A DNA stretch of 64,000 nucleotides from Polymyxa betae A26-41 (lineage: Eukaryota > Protista > Endomyxa: Phytomyxea): assembly GCA_003693705.1 (NCBI GenBank), contig RBZT01000623.1, positions 1-64,000 of the forward strand, in the 5' to 3' direction. The position numbers were made by a program, and so were the translations under genes. Positions 34,640 to 46,500 of the stretch are shown in pieces (within the stretch, counting starts at the first letter, position 1; every line of letters begins with the position of its first letter). The notes beneath the pieces were generated by a model. It did no database searches, was not told the DNA's origin, and was given only the letters and a program-made list of their open reading frames with translations.

Positions 34640-36502
34640 CTATAGGAATGAGGCTAAACCAGATTGGTAGAAACTTTGTATGTAGAGATTTTCTGTCCAC
34701 AGAACCTGTATAGCCTGCAGAAGAGTGTCATCCATCACCTCGACGCAGGATTTATCTTCATTCCGACACCAAAGTCTCAGGTTCAGACCTGAGACATTCG
34801 GGAACCACTCTTCGATGGAATGCCTCATTGGGTAAGAGAAAGAGACGAAAATCTTAAATACTGTAACTTTACTAAATCGGGCCGCAATCACAACACATGA
34901 CATGTCCCCCTTTGCTATTACTGTATTCATTGGTTAGAAGAAAGAGACGTAAATCATAATATTGTAACGTTACCAATTCATCACTCATGGCATGTCTCCC
35001 TTCTCTATACCATATAAGAACCTTGTCCAAAATCTGCTGGTGAGAAGGCATGATCGACAGCAACATTTAGGGTCCCGGGTCTGATGTGGAACGTCCCGAA
35101 CGGCGACCTTATGCATAGTTAGCATCACCGACGTTCTCAGCATCACTATAAAGTCCAGAAGCGGACAGTACTCCATCAGCATCTCCTGGATTCGGGCTGA
35201 ATTTAAACGCATGAGGGCTGCGATGGCTTGCGTCGTCATGAGCTCCGATGACGGAATCCAGCGAACCATCCGGCTTTTGCTCTCTTTGCTCTGAAACGAG
35301 CTCGCTCTCACATCCAAGAAAAAGAACCCGCGAGTCTTAGCATCAATGAACTTTTTGCAAGTGAATTGTCAAGCATGCACAATTCCAAATCTTACCATTT
35401 GACGAGCTTGCGGGCCGAGCTCGCCCAGCATCTGCCGATAGATTTTCAACGGTGAGGGAAGCGCTTGAAAAGCAGCCCGATCGGTACCCTTGCAAATCGC
35501 CGGATGCAGGCCGCGATTCCAATCGAGATTCAGGCAATCGCGAGAGCAGTATACAGCCGTATTGCACAAGCCACATAAATGCACGCTGGATTCCAACATA
35601 TCAACCTGACACCACCAGCATAAACGCCGGTTCCTACTCGGCGATGCATTCGAATGCATTTGTAACGGTTCCACATGCGATTCCAATACCCGTTGCAATT
35701 CGCGAACGGCGGGCGTACTATCAGCAATTTTGACAATCGCGGATTCGACAAGCGGCAGATCATCAAATGAGAAAGGAGTCGGAACAGATACCGGCGTCGA
35801 TTGCGAATTAGGTTTCGCTTTCGGTGGAAATGTTTCGATTTTGTAATCGACGTTCTCATTGAAGATGATCTGTTGACGTTTGCCATATTCATGAAACGGA
35901 TCGAGATCGTATTGCGTCGCGAACATCAGGGCAGATTCGGCAAGGTCTGTTGGCAGCAGGATGGCCCTTTTGGCATCGATATCAAGAAAGATTGCGAAGA
36001 GGGCAATGGGTTCGCTTTCGCCGTTGAAGAGAATGCAAACGATGATGCGGTGCTGCTTGGTGAAGCCTCGATACAGAACCCATTTCGTACCAGGCGCGGT
36101 CGGCGGCCATGATGTCGGAGCTGGTGATTTCTGCTCCCACGTTAACGCCATGAAGGACTGTTCGACGCGCAGCAACAAACGGCAGCCTTCCTGCAGATCG
36201 TACTGGCTCACTGCTATGGTTGGATGCTTCCGTTCCGATTCTAGGAAGGCTTCAAGAACCTCTTTGCTGGGCCATGGCGAGACAAACTCGTCCGGATTGT
36301 CACGGATTAGCTCGACGAGGTCATCGGTATGTAGCGAGCAGAAATGAATACGGAACCAACAATCGGCAGCCGATTGAGAATAGAACGCGAACGTCAACGA
36401 CGACCGCAGCAAGCCGTTTCGCACCTGGATGTCAGGGAAGCGGTCCCATCTCAACCTAGAACGAGCGCAGGCCTGCCAGAAGCTCGAATCGCCATCCGCC
36501 AT
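34640..36502 (-). CDS. MYND zinc-finger protein (several exons)
   Basis: CWWC..CGLC..YCSRDC..DW..HPAIC MYND signature in the 377-aa first exon; further short minus-strand ORFs continue to 34640. Confidence 0.7.
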
Positions 36503-36584
36503 TCTCGAGCTGGCCCTCGGGACGGACGCGTGCCAAGCAACTTTGGCTGCTTATTTATATATTCTAAACGATTAGTTGGCTAAG

Positions 36585-38529
36585 TTATGGAACGGGGTAT
36601 GAAGCCTTGTCTGGTGGTAATGGCTGCAGAATATGCTGGACCCAATGATTTCTATTCGATTCCAGCAACTCGAGGCAAATCGGGACAGAGCTGGAGAGGT
36701 CGGCGAATGATGCAAACAGCGGCCGAACGACGAAGTCAATGAAACTCAATTGACATTTCGGGATATCGGTGAAGTTGCGCTTCATCATTGGCGAAACAGC
36801 GAGGCCCTTGTTTTGCTCGGCGTCGCCTTGGGCGTAGAACTCCTGCATTAAGTTCTCGGTCCACCTCAGATAAAGCTCCAATGGTCGGGCTAGATTGCTC
36901 AAATCGGCGACGTGCAAAGCCCCTTGCAGATATTTCTACACAATGAGTCAGACAAAAATACCAAGCACAAATGCTTGAGAGGGAGTTCAATACCCTCTTC
37001 CTCAAATTGCTGTCGAACGGCAATCGACCTGAGGCGAGCTTCTCGTTCTGGAATTCTTCCAAAACGCAAAACGTGTGCATGTGCTGGGTCATGTCGGTTG
37101 CCAAAATCTGAAGACAAGCAATTATGGTTTAAGGGCCTGGATTCCGACACTCCTGTACCATTTCGATAATGTTTGTTCTCATGAACTGGCGTTGTTCGTT
37201 GGTGAGCTCGCCAAGACACCATCGGTATTCGGGCCTCCTTAAGATTCTCATCGCTTCCGAGGCATGATCTATTCTCAACTCGATTAGTGACCATTTGACT
37301 CATCTAGCCCAGCATACATGACTCGAGAACAGAACGGTCGTTGTAGATGAGCGCTAGCTCAGATTCCGTTGCGATCTGGAAGCTGTTATTTGTTCCACTA
37401 AACATCGATCAGCTTAGTAGCTTCAAACTACTTCCCAAACGCGTACGGATGGCGAAAATCATGACAGGCGGCGGCGATCACAGCCGAAAGAATCTCCATG
37501 GCGTTAAGTTGTTGCAGTTGCCAATGTGGCTTGAGGAAGAAGTACACAGCAGATAGGACATCGCATCCGTGAATTCGCGAATGGAACGGGACATTGTTAT
37601 AGCCGGATTCGATTTCTTGAAAGAATGCCGCAAGCCTGAAAAATCATTGATGACGAGTTATTGACCTTGACCATGACCTCTTACTGGGCTAGATTCACAG
37701 ATAAGCTATTCGCAATGCCAGAAGAGAAGGCGATATGGATACCCAAAACCAAGATCGGGTTACCACCCGAAACTTCATCCAGATCAAAGACATTGAAATC
37801 ATTCCAGGAATCCAGCATCGACAGTACGTGCTGGGCGGCCTTATCGCTAATCTCTTTCGTCATAGAAAGAATCGCTTCTTGCTGAGAAGTCACCAGCTTC
37901 CCTGCCATGTAATTCGCCGATTTGATCTGGTTGGCACGATTTCGAAATCGGTCAATGGGCTTGCTTTCGATATTTGGAGACTCCAGCAAGGCATTGGCTG
38001 CCAAATCCGGTTGCAAATATTCATTATTCAGCCATTGGAAGATCTCGTTATCAGCGCCACCGACTTTCGAATCGATACGGATGCGATTGTATCCATGACG
38101 TGCCGTTTTTGTTGCTCGGCGCTGATGGGTGATAAGAAGGTTAGCGACCTTCTCGATCTGGGTTCGTATCACATCATTGCTAGCAACATCAGGCGTTTTC
38201 AGCAGCTGCTGTATAATTGCCTGGGCATTTTGCAATTCTGAGCCAGCAGCCGTTACCGAAAACATAATCTACAGGTCGAACCCTCCAAACGACCTGAAGA
38301 ATACCATAGATCGTAGCTGATTCATTATATATCCAGGTCATTGGGTACTCCAAAGCCAAAGATACTTCGGGAGGACTGACCACCATGATAGAGATTCAAA
38401 ACCCGTGAAGTCTAACACGAACTCCGTCTTTATTGGTTTCATAACAATACAACAGAAAAGTATTACAAAGAGCAAAAGCCACTGGATGGTAGAGCAGAAA
38501 GCCTTCTCAAGGTGAACTTTCTGTGCCAT
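36585..38529 (-). CDS. Class I 3',5'-cyclic nucleotide phosphodiesterase (5' exon structure uncertain)
   Basis: PFHSRIHGCDV, AAACHDFRHP, GTNNSF, YNDRSVLES|YH, LATDM, HVADLSN, EFYAQGDAE, QLSFIDFVVRPLF. Confidence 0.9.
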
Positions 38530-38927
38530 GGACAGCTAAAAACAAAACTTTAGAGAGGGATATCCTGTTTTTGTTTTCAATCCGGAAGTCTGGGAGTATC
38601 GCTCTTTCGGAGGCAGATTTTAACTCGACATAGGCGAGAGAATGGAATGGAGACGATAGACAGCGATAGATTTAAGGCAGGGCGGAAAAAGACAGGATCC
38701 GAAACCCGGAACATTCCGGCGACGGGCAGGTCCGCACGGACATAGTTGTCCGAGGCTCGGCAACTCGGATTAGTGGGAAAACTCTGGGTTTTCGGGCATG
38801 GCTGTGGCTGGTATGGAATGCACCCTGGGGCCGCAGATCCTCACTCATAGTTGTGCGGATCCGCGGCCTCGCCCTCTGTCATTCCGCCATTCGATTCGTT
38901 TTTGTCGTCTTGTCGATCTAAGATCCA

Positions 38928-40319
38928 ATGGCCACCCAAGGAAAGACCCACTTGTCCATCGTCATCTGCGGTCATGTCGACTCCGGCAAGTCGACCACCA
39001 CCGGCCGATTGCTGTTCGAGCTAGGCGGTATCCCCGAGCGTGAAATGGAGAAGCTCCGTCAGGAAGCCGAAGTTCTGGGCAAGTCCTCCTTCGCCTTCGC
39101 TTTCTACATGGATCGTCAGAAGGATGAGCGTGAACGTGGTGTCACTATCGCTTGTACCACCAAGGAGTTCTTCACCGAGCAGTACCACTACACCATCATC
39201 GACGCTCCTGGTCACCGTGATTTCATCAAGAACATGATCTCCGGTGCCGCCCAGGCCGATGTCGCCCTGCTCATGGTTCCCGCCGATGGTAACTTCACTA
39301 CCGCCATCGCCAAGGGTAACCGCAAGGCCGGTGAAATCCAGGGTCAGACCCGTCAGCACGCTCGTCTGATCAACCTGTTGGGTGTCAAGCAGTTGATCGT
39401 CGGTATCAACAAGATGGACTGCGACACTGCCGGCTACAAGCAGGAGAGATACAACGAAATCGCCGACGAAATGAAGAACATGTTGATCAAGGTCGGATGG
39501 AAGAAGGAGTTCGTTGAGAAGTGCGTTCCCTGCCTGCCCATCTCCGGATGGAAGGGTGACAACCTGCTCTCCAAATCCACCAACATGACCTGGTGGAACG
39601 GTGTTAAGGCTGTCGACCAGCTCGGCAAGGAGCACCTCATTGTCACCTTGGTCGACGCTCTGAACAACTTCTGTGGTCTGCCTGAGCGTAAGAACAACGC
39701 CCCTCTGCGTCTGCCCGTCTCCGGTATCTACAAGATCAAGGGTGTCGGTGATGTCTTGGCCGGTCGTGTTGAACAGGGTACCCTCAAGATCAAGGATGAA
39801 GTCGTCTTCATGCCCACCCACACCGCCAAGGACCCATGCAAGGGTTCGGTCTTCACCATCGAAATGCACCACAAGCGTGTCGACCAGGCCTGCTCTGGTG
39901 ACAACGTCGGTATGAACATCAAGAACTTGAACAAGGACCGTATGCCTTCGGTTGGTGACGTCATGGTTCTGTCCAGCGACGCCGGCTTGAAGCCAGTCAA
40001 GAACTTCACCGCCCAGGTCCAGACCCTCGACATCCCAGGAGAAATCAAGGTCGGATACTGCCCAATTGGTTTCGTCCGATGTGGTCGCTCTGCCTGCAGA
40101 ATCACCCAGCTCAACTGGAAGGTCGGCAAGGAGACCGGTCGTAAGAAGCTGGAAGGCCCCCACTCCCTCAAGGCCAACGAAGCCGCTGAGGTCGTGTTCG
40201 AGCCCGTCCAGGCTCTGGTCGTCGACACCTTCAAGAACTGTGAGGGTCTGTCTCGAATTGCCTTCCTTGACGGTAACTCAGCTGTCATGTTGGGCAAGAT
40301 CGTCGCTGTTGGCAACTGA
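38928..40319 (+). CDS. EFL: Elongation factor-like GTPase EFL (intronless, strongly codon-biased)
   Basis: GHVDSGKSTTTGRLLFELGGIPERE, GKSSFAFAFYMDRQKDERERGVTIACTTKEF and NFTTAIAKGNRKAGEIQGQTRQH are EFL-type rather than EF-1alpha. Confidence 0.96.
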   Translation: MATQGKTHLSIVICGHVDSGKSTTTGRLLFELGGIPEREMEKLRQEAEVLGKSSFAFAFYMDRQKDERERGVTIACTTKEFFTEQYHYTIIDAPGHRDFIKNMISGAAQADVALLMVPADGNFTTAIAKGNRKAGEIQGQTRQHARLINLLGVKQLIVGINKMDCDTAGYKQERYNEIADEMKNMLIKVGWKKEFVEKCVPCLPISGWKGDNLLSKSTNMTWWNGVKAVDQLGKEHLIVTLVDALNNFCGLPERKNNAPLRLPVSGIYKIKGVGDVLAGRVEQGTLKIKDEVVFMPTHTAKDPCKGSVFTIEMHHKRVDQACSGDNVGMNIKNLNKDRMPSVGDVMVLSSDAGLKPVKNFTAQVQTLDIPGEIKVGYCPIGFVRCGRSACRITQLNWKVGKETGRKKLEGPHSLKANEAAEVVFEPVQALVVDTFKNCEGLSRIAFLDGNSAVMLGKIVAVGN

Positions 40320-40505
40320 TTTCCTTTTTACTTTCTATCGATTGAATATACAAGTTTATAAATCCCATTCCTGGCTGTGCTATTTTTGTAGTCTTCTGAA
40401 TCTCAGTATCTGATTGAAATGTCGAATTTGATTCTTGTGCAGATTTTTGTTTCTTATGAATGGTCGGGAATTTCTGTTGGCCGAATTGTTCATGGTTAGA
40501 AGACC

Positions 40506-41633
40506 ATGCTTCGAAGATTGTCTCGTAGATTCCTTTCGACGTTATCGACTGAGCCGATCGCTCAATCGTCGCTGAGGTATCCTCAGGAACCTCATTCCAG
40601 ATCGATCCTTCACACAGGCCAAATAGCTTCCTATGTCCTGGATGATATTCTGAAGAATGCCATCCAATTCAAGCGAAACCGGTCTTTTCACAGCAATCTT
40701 CTCGAACGAAAGACGGTCGCCTTATTGATCGATTCGCCTTCTGCGCGAGCACGACTCTCTTTTGAGATCGCTGCCAAGGAACTCGGCGGGTTTGCCGCGA
40801 CGTACTTCGTTGACGATCTGCCAGCCGATCTTCATTCTGTTACATTATCGGAAGCAGCTTTAGTTATTAGCCAATATGCAGATTGCTTAGCGGTCTGCCT
40901 CGACCACGAAAGCGATCTGCAAGCTGTCGCCGAGTTTTCTCATATTCCTGTCATTAATGCTGAGAATACCCAAGGAAATCCTTGTGAAAGTTGAGTGGTT
41001 TTGAGGAATGTAGAACCCGAGATTAACAGTTTTGGAGTTCTATCAGATTTAATGACAATCGTTGAGGAGAAAGGCAGCCTATCTGGATTGAGAATCGGCT
41101 ATCTCGGCGATTTAGCCAGCGTGCGTGCATATGAGATGATGAGGGCTTCCTGTTCGATGGGAATGCATCTGAAAGGGTGCGATATTTATCGCCAACCAGT
41201 CTGTCTCATGAAAGACAAAGCTGAAGCCGACGAGGTGCTCACAGCATCTTGCTTGAGGCACCTTAACTTATTGTTTCAGGAATGCCAGCATTTAGGCCAT
41301 GAAGGTTCGAGGCAATTCATTGAAGATCCCATCGAGGCAATTTCCGACGCGGATGTAATCATGGGCGACGTCTCATCGGCAATCCAGTTCGAAACCGGGC
41401 ACTTCAGCATCCCGCTAGTTCGAGCGATTCTCAATCGCGCCGAGAGAGGCGCTCTGCTATTAGCGAGTTTGTCATCAGAACAGGCCTGCGAGACGCTCGT
41501 CGCTAAATCCGATGCCATGGGCCGAGTCGGATTCACCCAAACACAGAATCGTCTCGCCATCGAAAAAGCACTGCTCCATCAAGTCGTCACATCACCTCTC
41601 TATAAGCCAGAACGAACCAGACCTATATTTTAA
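40506..41633 (+). CDS. Ornithine carbamoyltransferase-like protein, catalytically degenerate, probable mitochondrial presequence (2 exons)
   Basis: KTVALLIDSPSARARLSFEIAAKELGG, IPVINA, NPCE|ILSDLMTI (intron 40990-41037), GLRIGYLGD, DADVI and QTQNR follow the OTC fold order. Confidence 0.75.
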
Positions 41634-41664
41634 GTAACAAGCAACATATTATTAAAACAGTTAT

Positions 41665-42487
41665 TTACAAAAGGGTCTTGATCGGTTTCGCCTTACGCAA
41701 GCCGCCTTTGCCGTCCGGGAACGCGCCCGCTTTCGCCAATCGCTTCACCAGCACGGGTGTCTGAAAATCGTCGTTTCCGCCCAGGTCGGCGAATCCAATG
41801 ATTCTGTCGACGGCGACGCCATCGTTGAAAACAATCAGAGTCGGCATCACACGAATCGCCAGCTTATGCACGAAGAACGGCGCCTTCTCAGCGTCGACAC
41901 GAATAAATCTGCACGATTGGTGAGCAAAGCCGTGGTCGGGTACGACCCATGGCGCAGCCGGTTACTTGGTATCGGTCTGTTTCGAGGCGATCAGTTGCAG
42001 ATGCTTATCGATGATTTTGCAGCGCTCGAAATCGCGATGGAAAAAGTGGCAGACGACACGATCCGACATCGTCACCTGTTTGAGGAAATCGCATTCGTCA
42101 ACGAGACGATATTCGCCATGACCTTGGCTAAGCTTGGTCTGAGACGCCATTTAACAAACTGTTTCAAAGAGAAAATTCGAGAAATACCTGATGAGCTGCG
42201 AATTGGGATTTTAATTCGTGAAGACGTTTCTCTCTTAAAGATCTTAACACAGGGTCGTCGCCATCATCGTCGTCGCTGTCGTCTTCGGGATCGTCATCAT
42301 CAGGGCGAGCGGGTTTCTTATTCTTGATGAAGACGGGACCTGACCCGGGCGCCCTCTGTCTCTGTTCTTGCTCGACACGTTTGGCTTGCAGAGCGACCAG
42401 GTCATCGGCGGCTGATGCCAGGGCGGCCGACGCCTGGTGCTGAGCAGCTTCGCCAAAGGCGGATCCGCTCCCGCCTGTCTTCAACAT
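41665..42487 (-). CDS. Phosducin-like/TXNDC9 (PhLP3/Plp1) protein (3 exons)
   Basis: LREKRLHELK, GHGEYR, VVCHFFHRDFERCKIIDKHL, FIRVDAEKAPFFV.KLAIRVMPT, RIIGFADLGGNDDF. Confidence 0.9.
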
Positions 42488-42684
42488 TAACGAGATGCTC
42501 TATTGCGCAATGATCACGACCATCATCAGTATATTCGATACAATAAGATGCTTTTTATAGAAATATTTTATACAGTAAAAATATAGTTGTACAATCAATG
42601 CCCATTTACTGATAGAGTACTTTACAATGAATGAAAATGTTGATGCAGGTTGCTTGGATTAAATGTAGAAAAAGCACCAATTGT

Positions 42685-43045
42685 TTACAGCTCGTCGTGG
42701 CTCTCTGCAAGTTCAGCTTGTTGTCGGGTTACGAGCTTCTCCTTCCTCTGGGCGTTTCGTAGCGAAATCTTTCTCAGGGTTCGTCGCTGCTCATCGGGCG
42801 TCATCTGGTCCCAGTTCGTAATCTGGGTCATGGTCCCTGAAGAAGCGCTCAAACTCAGATCCGGCGCTTGACACATGCAATAGACCATCAGGTTGTATGA
42901 TGATAGGCCCGAGCCGATCCAGCTTGATCTGGACGCCATCGACACTCAGCGTCTGAACCTCACCATCCCCTCCATCTGGCAGAGCGAACCGCTGATCTGC
43001 TCCTACATCATCCTCAGCCGCTCCCGGTACCAAGTGCTTCAACAT
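42685..43045 (-). CDS. Small conserved hypothetical protein (2 exons)
   Basis: Spliced KLDRLGPIIIQPDG|TMTQITNWDQMTPDEQRRTLRKISLRN; I recall this pattern from uncharacterised fungal/protist proteins. Confidence 0.65.
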
Positions 43046-43556
43046 GGACTACCATCGTCGTCCTCTGGCTTAATACCCTGCTCTAATAGTCCCAATGAAG
43101 CGATTAGAAGGCAAGACCAGATGATGATGAGAGGCCGCAGCATTATTCTCATTTAAATCGCGCTTTATAACTTTGACGTTGTCTTTTGAACGACGAATTT
43201 TCGTTCGCTTCCTGCTTGCGACGAACGCGTCTGGCCACTCGATTCCAGACATTTTTGAATTTGAAATAACATCCCATGATGGATGCAATTGCTGCTTGGC
43301 GGACGGGGCACTCTCCTTGATGTCGAGTCTGGTTCTGATATTGAAGAATTCTTGGTTGTTAAAGCCAACATGGAGGTCGACAATCTAGATTGCATTCAGA
43401 ACGGGGAACAGTCCAGAAGGCTGCGATGACGTCGACATGCTGCAGGCAGCGTCTCACATAACATCTTTCCCATCGTCACAGCCAGGGACACTGCCGGGCT
43501 GCGTTTGCAATCCGCTGGACCGGCTTGACGTCCTGCATTTGGAAACCAGGACGATC

Positions 43557-46500
43557 ATGTCCTCGACGGGACCGACGCCTGCCCAGGCTGACCCGTTCAC
43601 CGACCCAACCAATCTGGAAGGCCAGCGCACCGCCAACCAAATTCGGGCTCTATTTCGGAAATCATACCTGGTTCAGAAACGACAGTATGTTGCTTTGATA
43701 AAAACATTGATTCGTTGAGATGTTTCTAGATACAAGACTAATATCTGTCAGCTGCTGTTCCCTCTAGCGATGATGTACGTATGAGAGTCTCTCATGTTGT
43801 ATGGTGATGGATTTCACATGTTTACGTTACACTGTAGCCTGCTGCTCTGGGCGTTGCAGCTCTTCGTCGATAGCGTCATTCGCGACCAATATGGAGAGTA
43901 CACTCCCGCCATTGAGAACCCGCCGCTGATCCCGCCTTATCTCATGTACGTGAAGCATGGATTCCAACCGGCCGCGAGGTTTGAACCCTGTTCGGGTTCA
44001 GGTTTTGGAGCTCCGATCCGTGCCAAGCGAGACCTGCTGTCCCGCAGACAAGCTCTAGCTTGGTTCGTTATCTGGTGACAGATTCGGGTTCCGGCTTGCT
44101 TCAATCGACGAGTGGGTTTTATTGCAAAGCGTGGCGTCTTTGGTAACATTAATCTGTGCTCGAAGATTTGCTGTCAATGTTCACATTGCCCTCGATCGCT
44201 GCCTTCATAAACGGGATCTATGCGACCGGAGCTGTCAAATATTATGATCGTGGCAATCAGCCGGCCACGAAATGCCTCACCAATCTGGTGATCGGAACGC
44301 GCTGGAATTTCCTCTCAGCGCCCGATATGAACGCTGTCGATCAACGTCTTTTCAAGGTATTGATTTGTTGAAGCTGGCTGTATCCAGCTCATTATTGATT
44401 TCAGGCGTGGGGCAAAAACGATTCGTTTTTTGGAGGGGTGTCTTTGGTGGAAGCTTCCAGCACTCGATTCAAATACAACGTCCTTGTGAACAAATCGTTT
44501 ACCGATCTTTATGGTTCGTTGCTGCATCTGTGGACTTTGTCTCTAAACTCTCTGGGAATAACTTCCGCTCAGATATGCCAGCTCTGGCAGGGAGCATATC
44601 CAACGCTGTCTATCGTACTTTGGTATCGTACAATGGGACGGTGACGCCCTCGACGCAATTACAGATGACTGGAACCAAACCGTTCCCGATGAGGCAGACC
44701 AAGATAGAATTCGATTTGATTAGCTTGATTGGTCCCAGTATCTATGTCTATTTGTTCTCCATGCTTCTACCTGTTTTTATGCATAATCTTGTCAGGTAAA
44801 CATTCGTTTTTTTTTCTTCAACCTCCTCAGCAATTGTCCCTACTTTCACAATCGTCACAGCTTATCCGAATCGCTTACCTTCTTTCTTTACAGTGAGAAA
44901 GAAAGCCAAATTCGTGAGCTTATGGAAATGATGGGCTTGAAGCGAAATGTTCATTTCATTGTGACCTATCTCTTCAATTATGTGCTGTACATTGTTGCTG
45001 TCACATTCCTAATCGCCATCGCCTGCATTCTCGGTTTTCGATATTTTCTGGTGAACGCGTTCGGCTCCTACGTCATTCTTCTTATAATTTGGGGCCATGT
45101 TCTTTGTGCTTCCGCCTTTCTACTCTCAATGTTTTTCTCCAATTCCAAAACCGTAAGCTTAGCGTTTGCAAGCGATCAATTGTGATCATTGTTTTAGGCG
45201 ACTGTGGTCGGGTATTTGATTGTTTTTGGTCTTGGCATGGTAAGCTTTAGTTATTTTGGTAATTTATAACTCTCTAATATTCCTCTTAGATCGCATCAAG
45301 TAAGTCTAAAACAGCACGTATAACATCCAGCTGAAATCGTGCAGCTTTGATAAGAAACTTCTACCAATCGTCAACGACGCCTGCTATCACTATGTTCTTA
45401 ATCCAGCTGGTTCCAAAGTAGATTAACCTTTTCTTCTCTCGTGTTCTATCGAAGCTAATCGTTCAGTTTCGCTTTGTTTCGGGCCCTGAACGCGTTGCGT
45501 GATGGCGTGTCCTTCGGCAGCCAAGGTTTGGCAATGAGCGACCTTGCCGACCCCGATGTCGCCATCGTCCCAGTTTACATCTACCTTATTTGCGAATGGC
45601 TGGCTATACTGGCCCTGGTGTATCTATTCGAAAAGGTAAATTTAAGCACGGCTGATTTTCACCAACGCATGGTTTCTCATTGCAATTGATACTTCTATAT
45701 ACCCTGCCTTTGATCTGGCGCGGTCACAAATTATCGATCTTTATTTAACTGAAATTTATTAATTTAGTATGGCGACAAGCTATATTTGATCAAGCGCTTA
45801 TACCTGTGCATCAAGCACAATCCGAGACTTGCACCCGCAAGATCGGCTGCGAAAGAATCGGTTGCTGTCTCCTTGAATGACGAAGACCAGGATGGTTCGA
45901 CTCGAAAATGGTTGATCAAGTCGCTTTCTTACATCTGTTTTCACCAGGCGACGATATTGTTGCGCAAGCGATGGCGGCTGCTGACGAGAATGTTTCTGCA
46001 GCGGTTCGAATTCGCGATCTGCGAAAGGTTTATAAAGGATATGGAACCCTGCAAGATAAGGTGGCGGTCAAAGGCCTCAGCATGGTTATTCGTTTTGGAG
46101 AATGTCTCGGGTTTCTCGGTAAATCATACTAGTTTCTTTTCCATTGTTATTTTGTATTTACTGACACAATTTCAGGTTCGAATGGAGCAGGTCTGGCCAG
46201 TAAACTAATTGTGTGAAAACATGTCCTAAAAGCGTTCAGGGAAAACAACGACGATTTCGATGCTCTGCGGATACGTGCAGCCGACCAGCGGGTCCGCCAC
46301 AATGTTCGGCAAAGACATCAAATCTGAAATGTCAGCTATACATACAATCATGGGAATCTGCCCGCAGGTTACTGGTTGCCTAGTCACATTAAGAGTATTT
46401 CAAATGAGGTTTAGGAAAATGTAATCTGGGGAGAGCTGTCTGGCGGAGAACATTTAGGTAAGCGACTTTTCTTAAACAATGTAATCCATCAGGAATAGCT

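Noticed and set aside
39021-40315. Long antisense ORFs (380 aa, 195 aa) over EFL
   Set aside because: Expected by-product of EFL's strong codon bias; no protein-like motifs.
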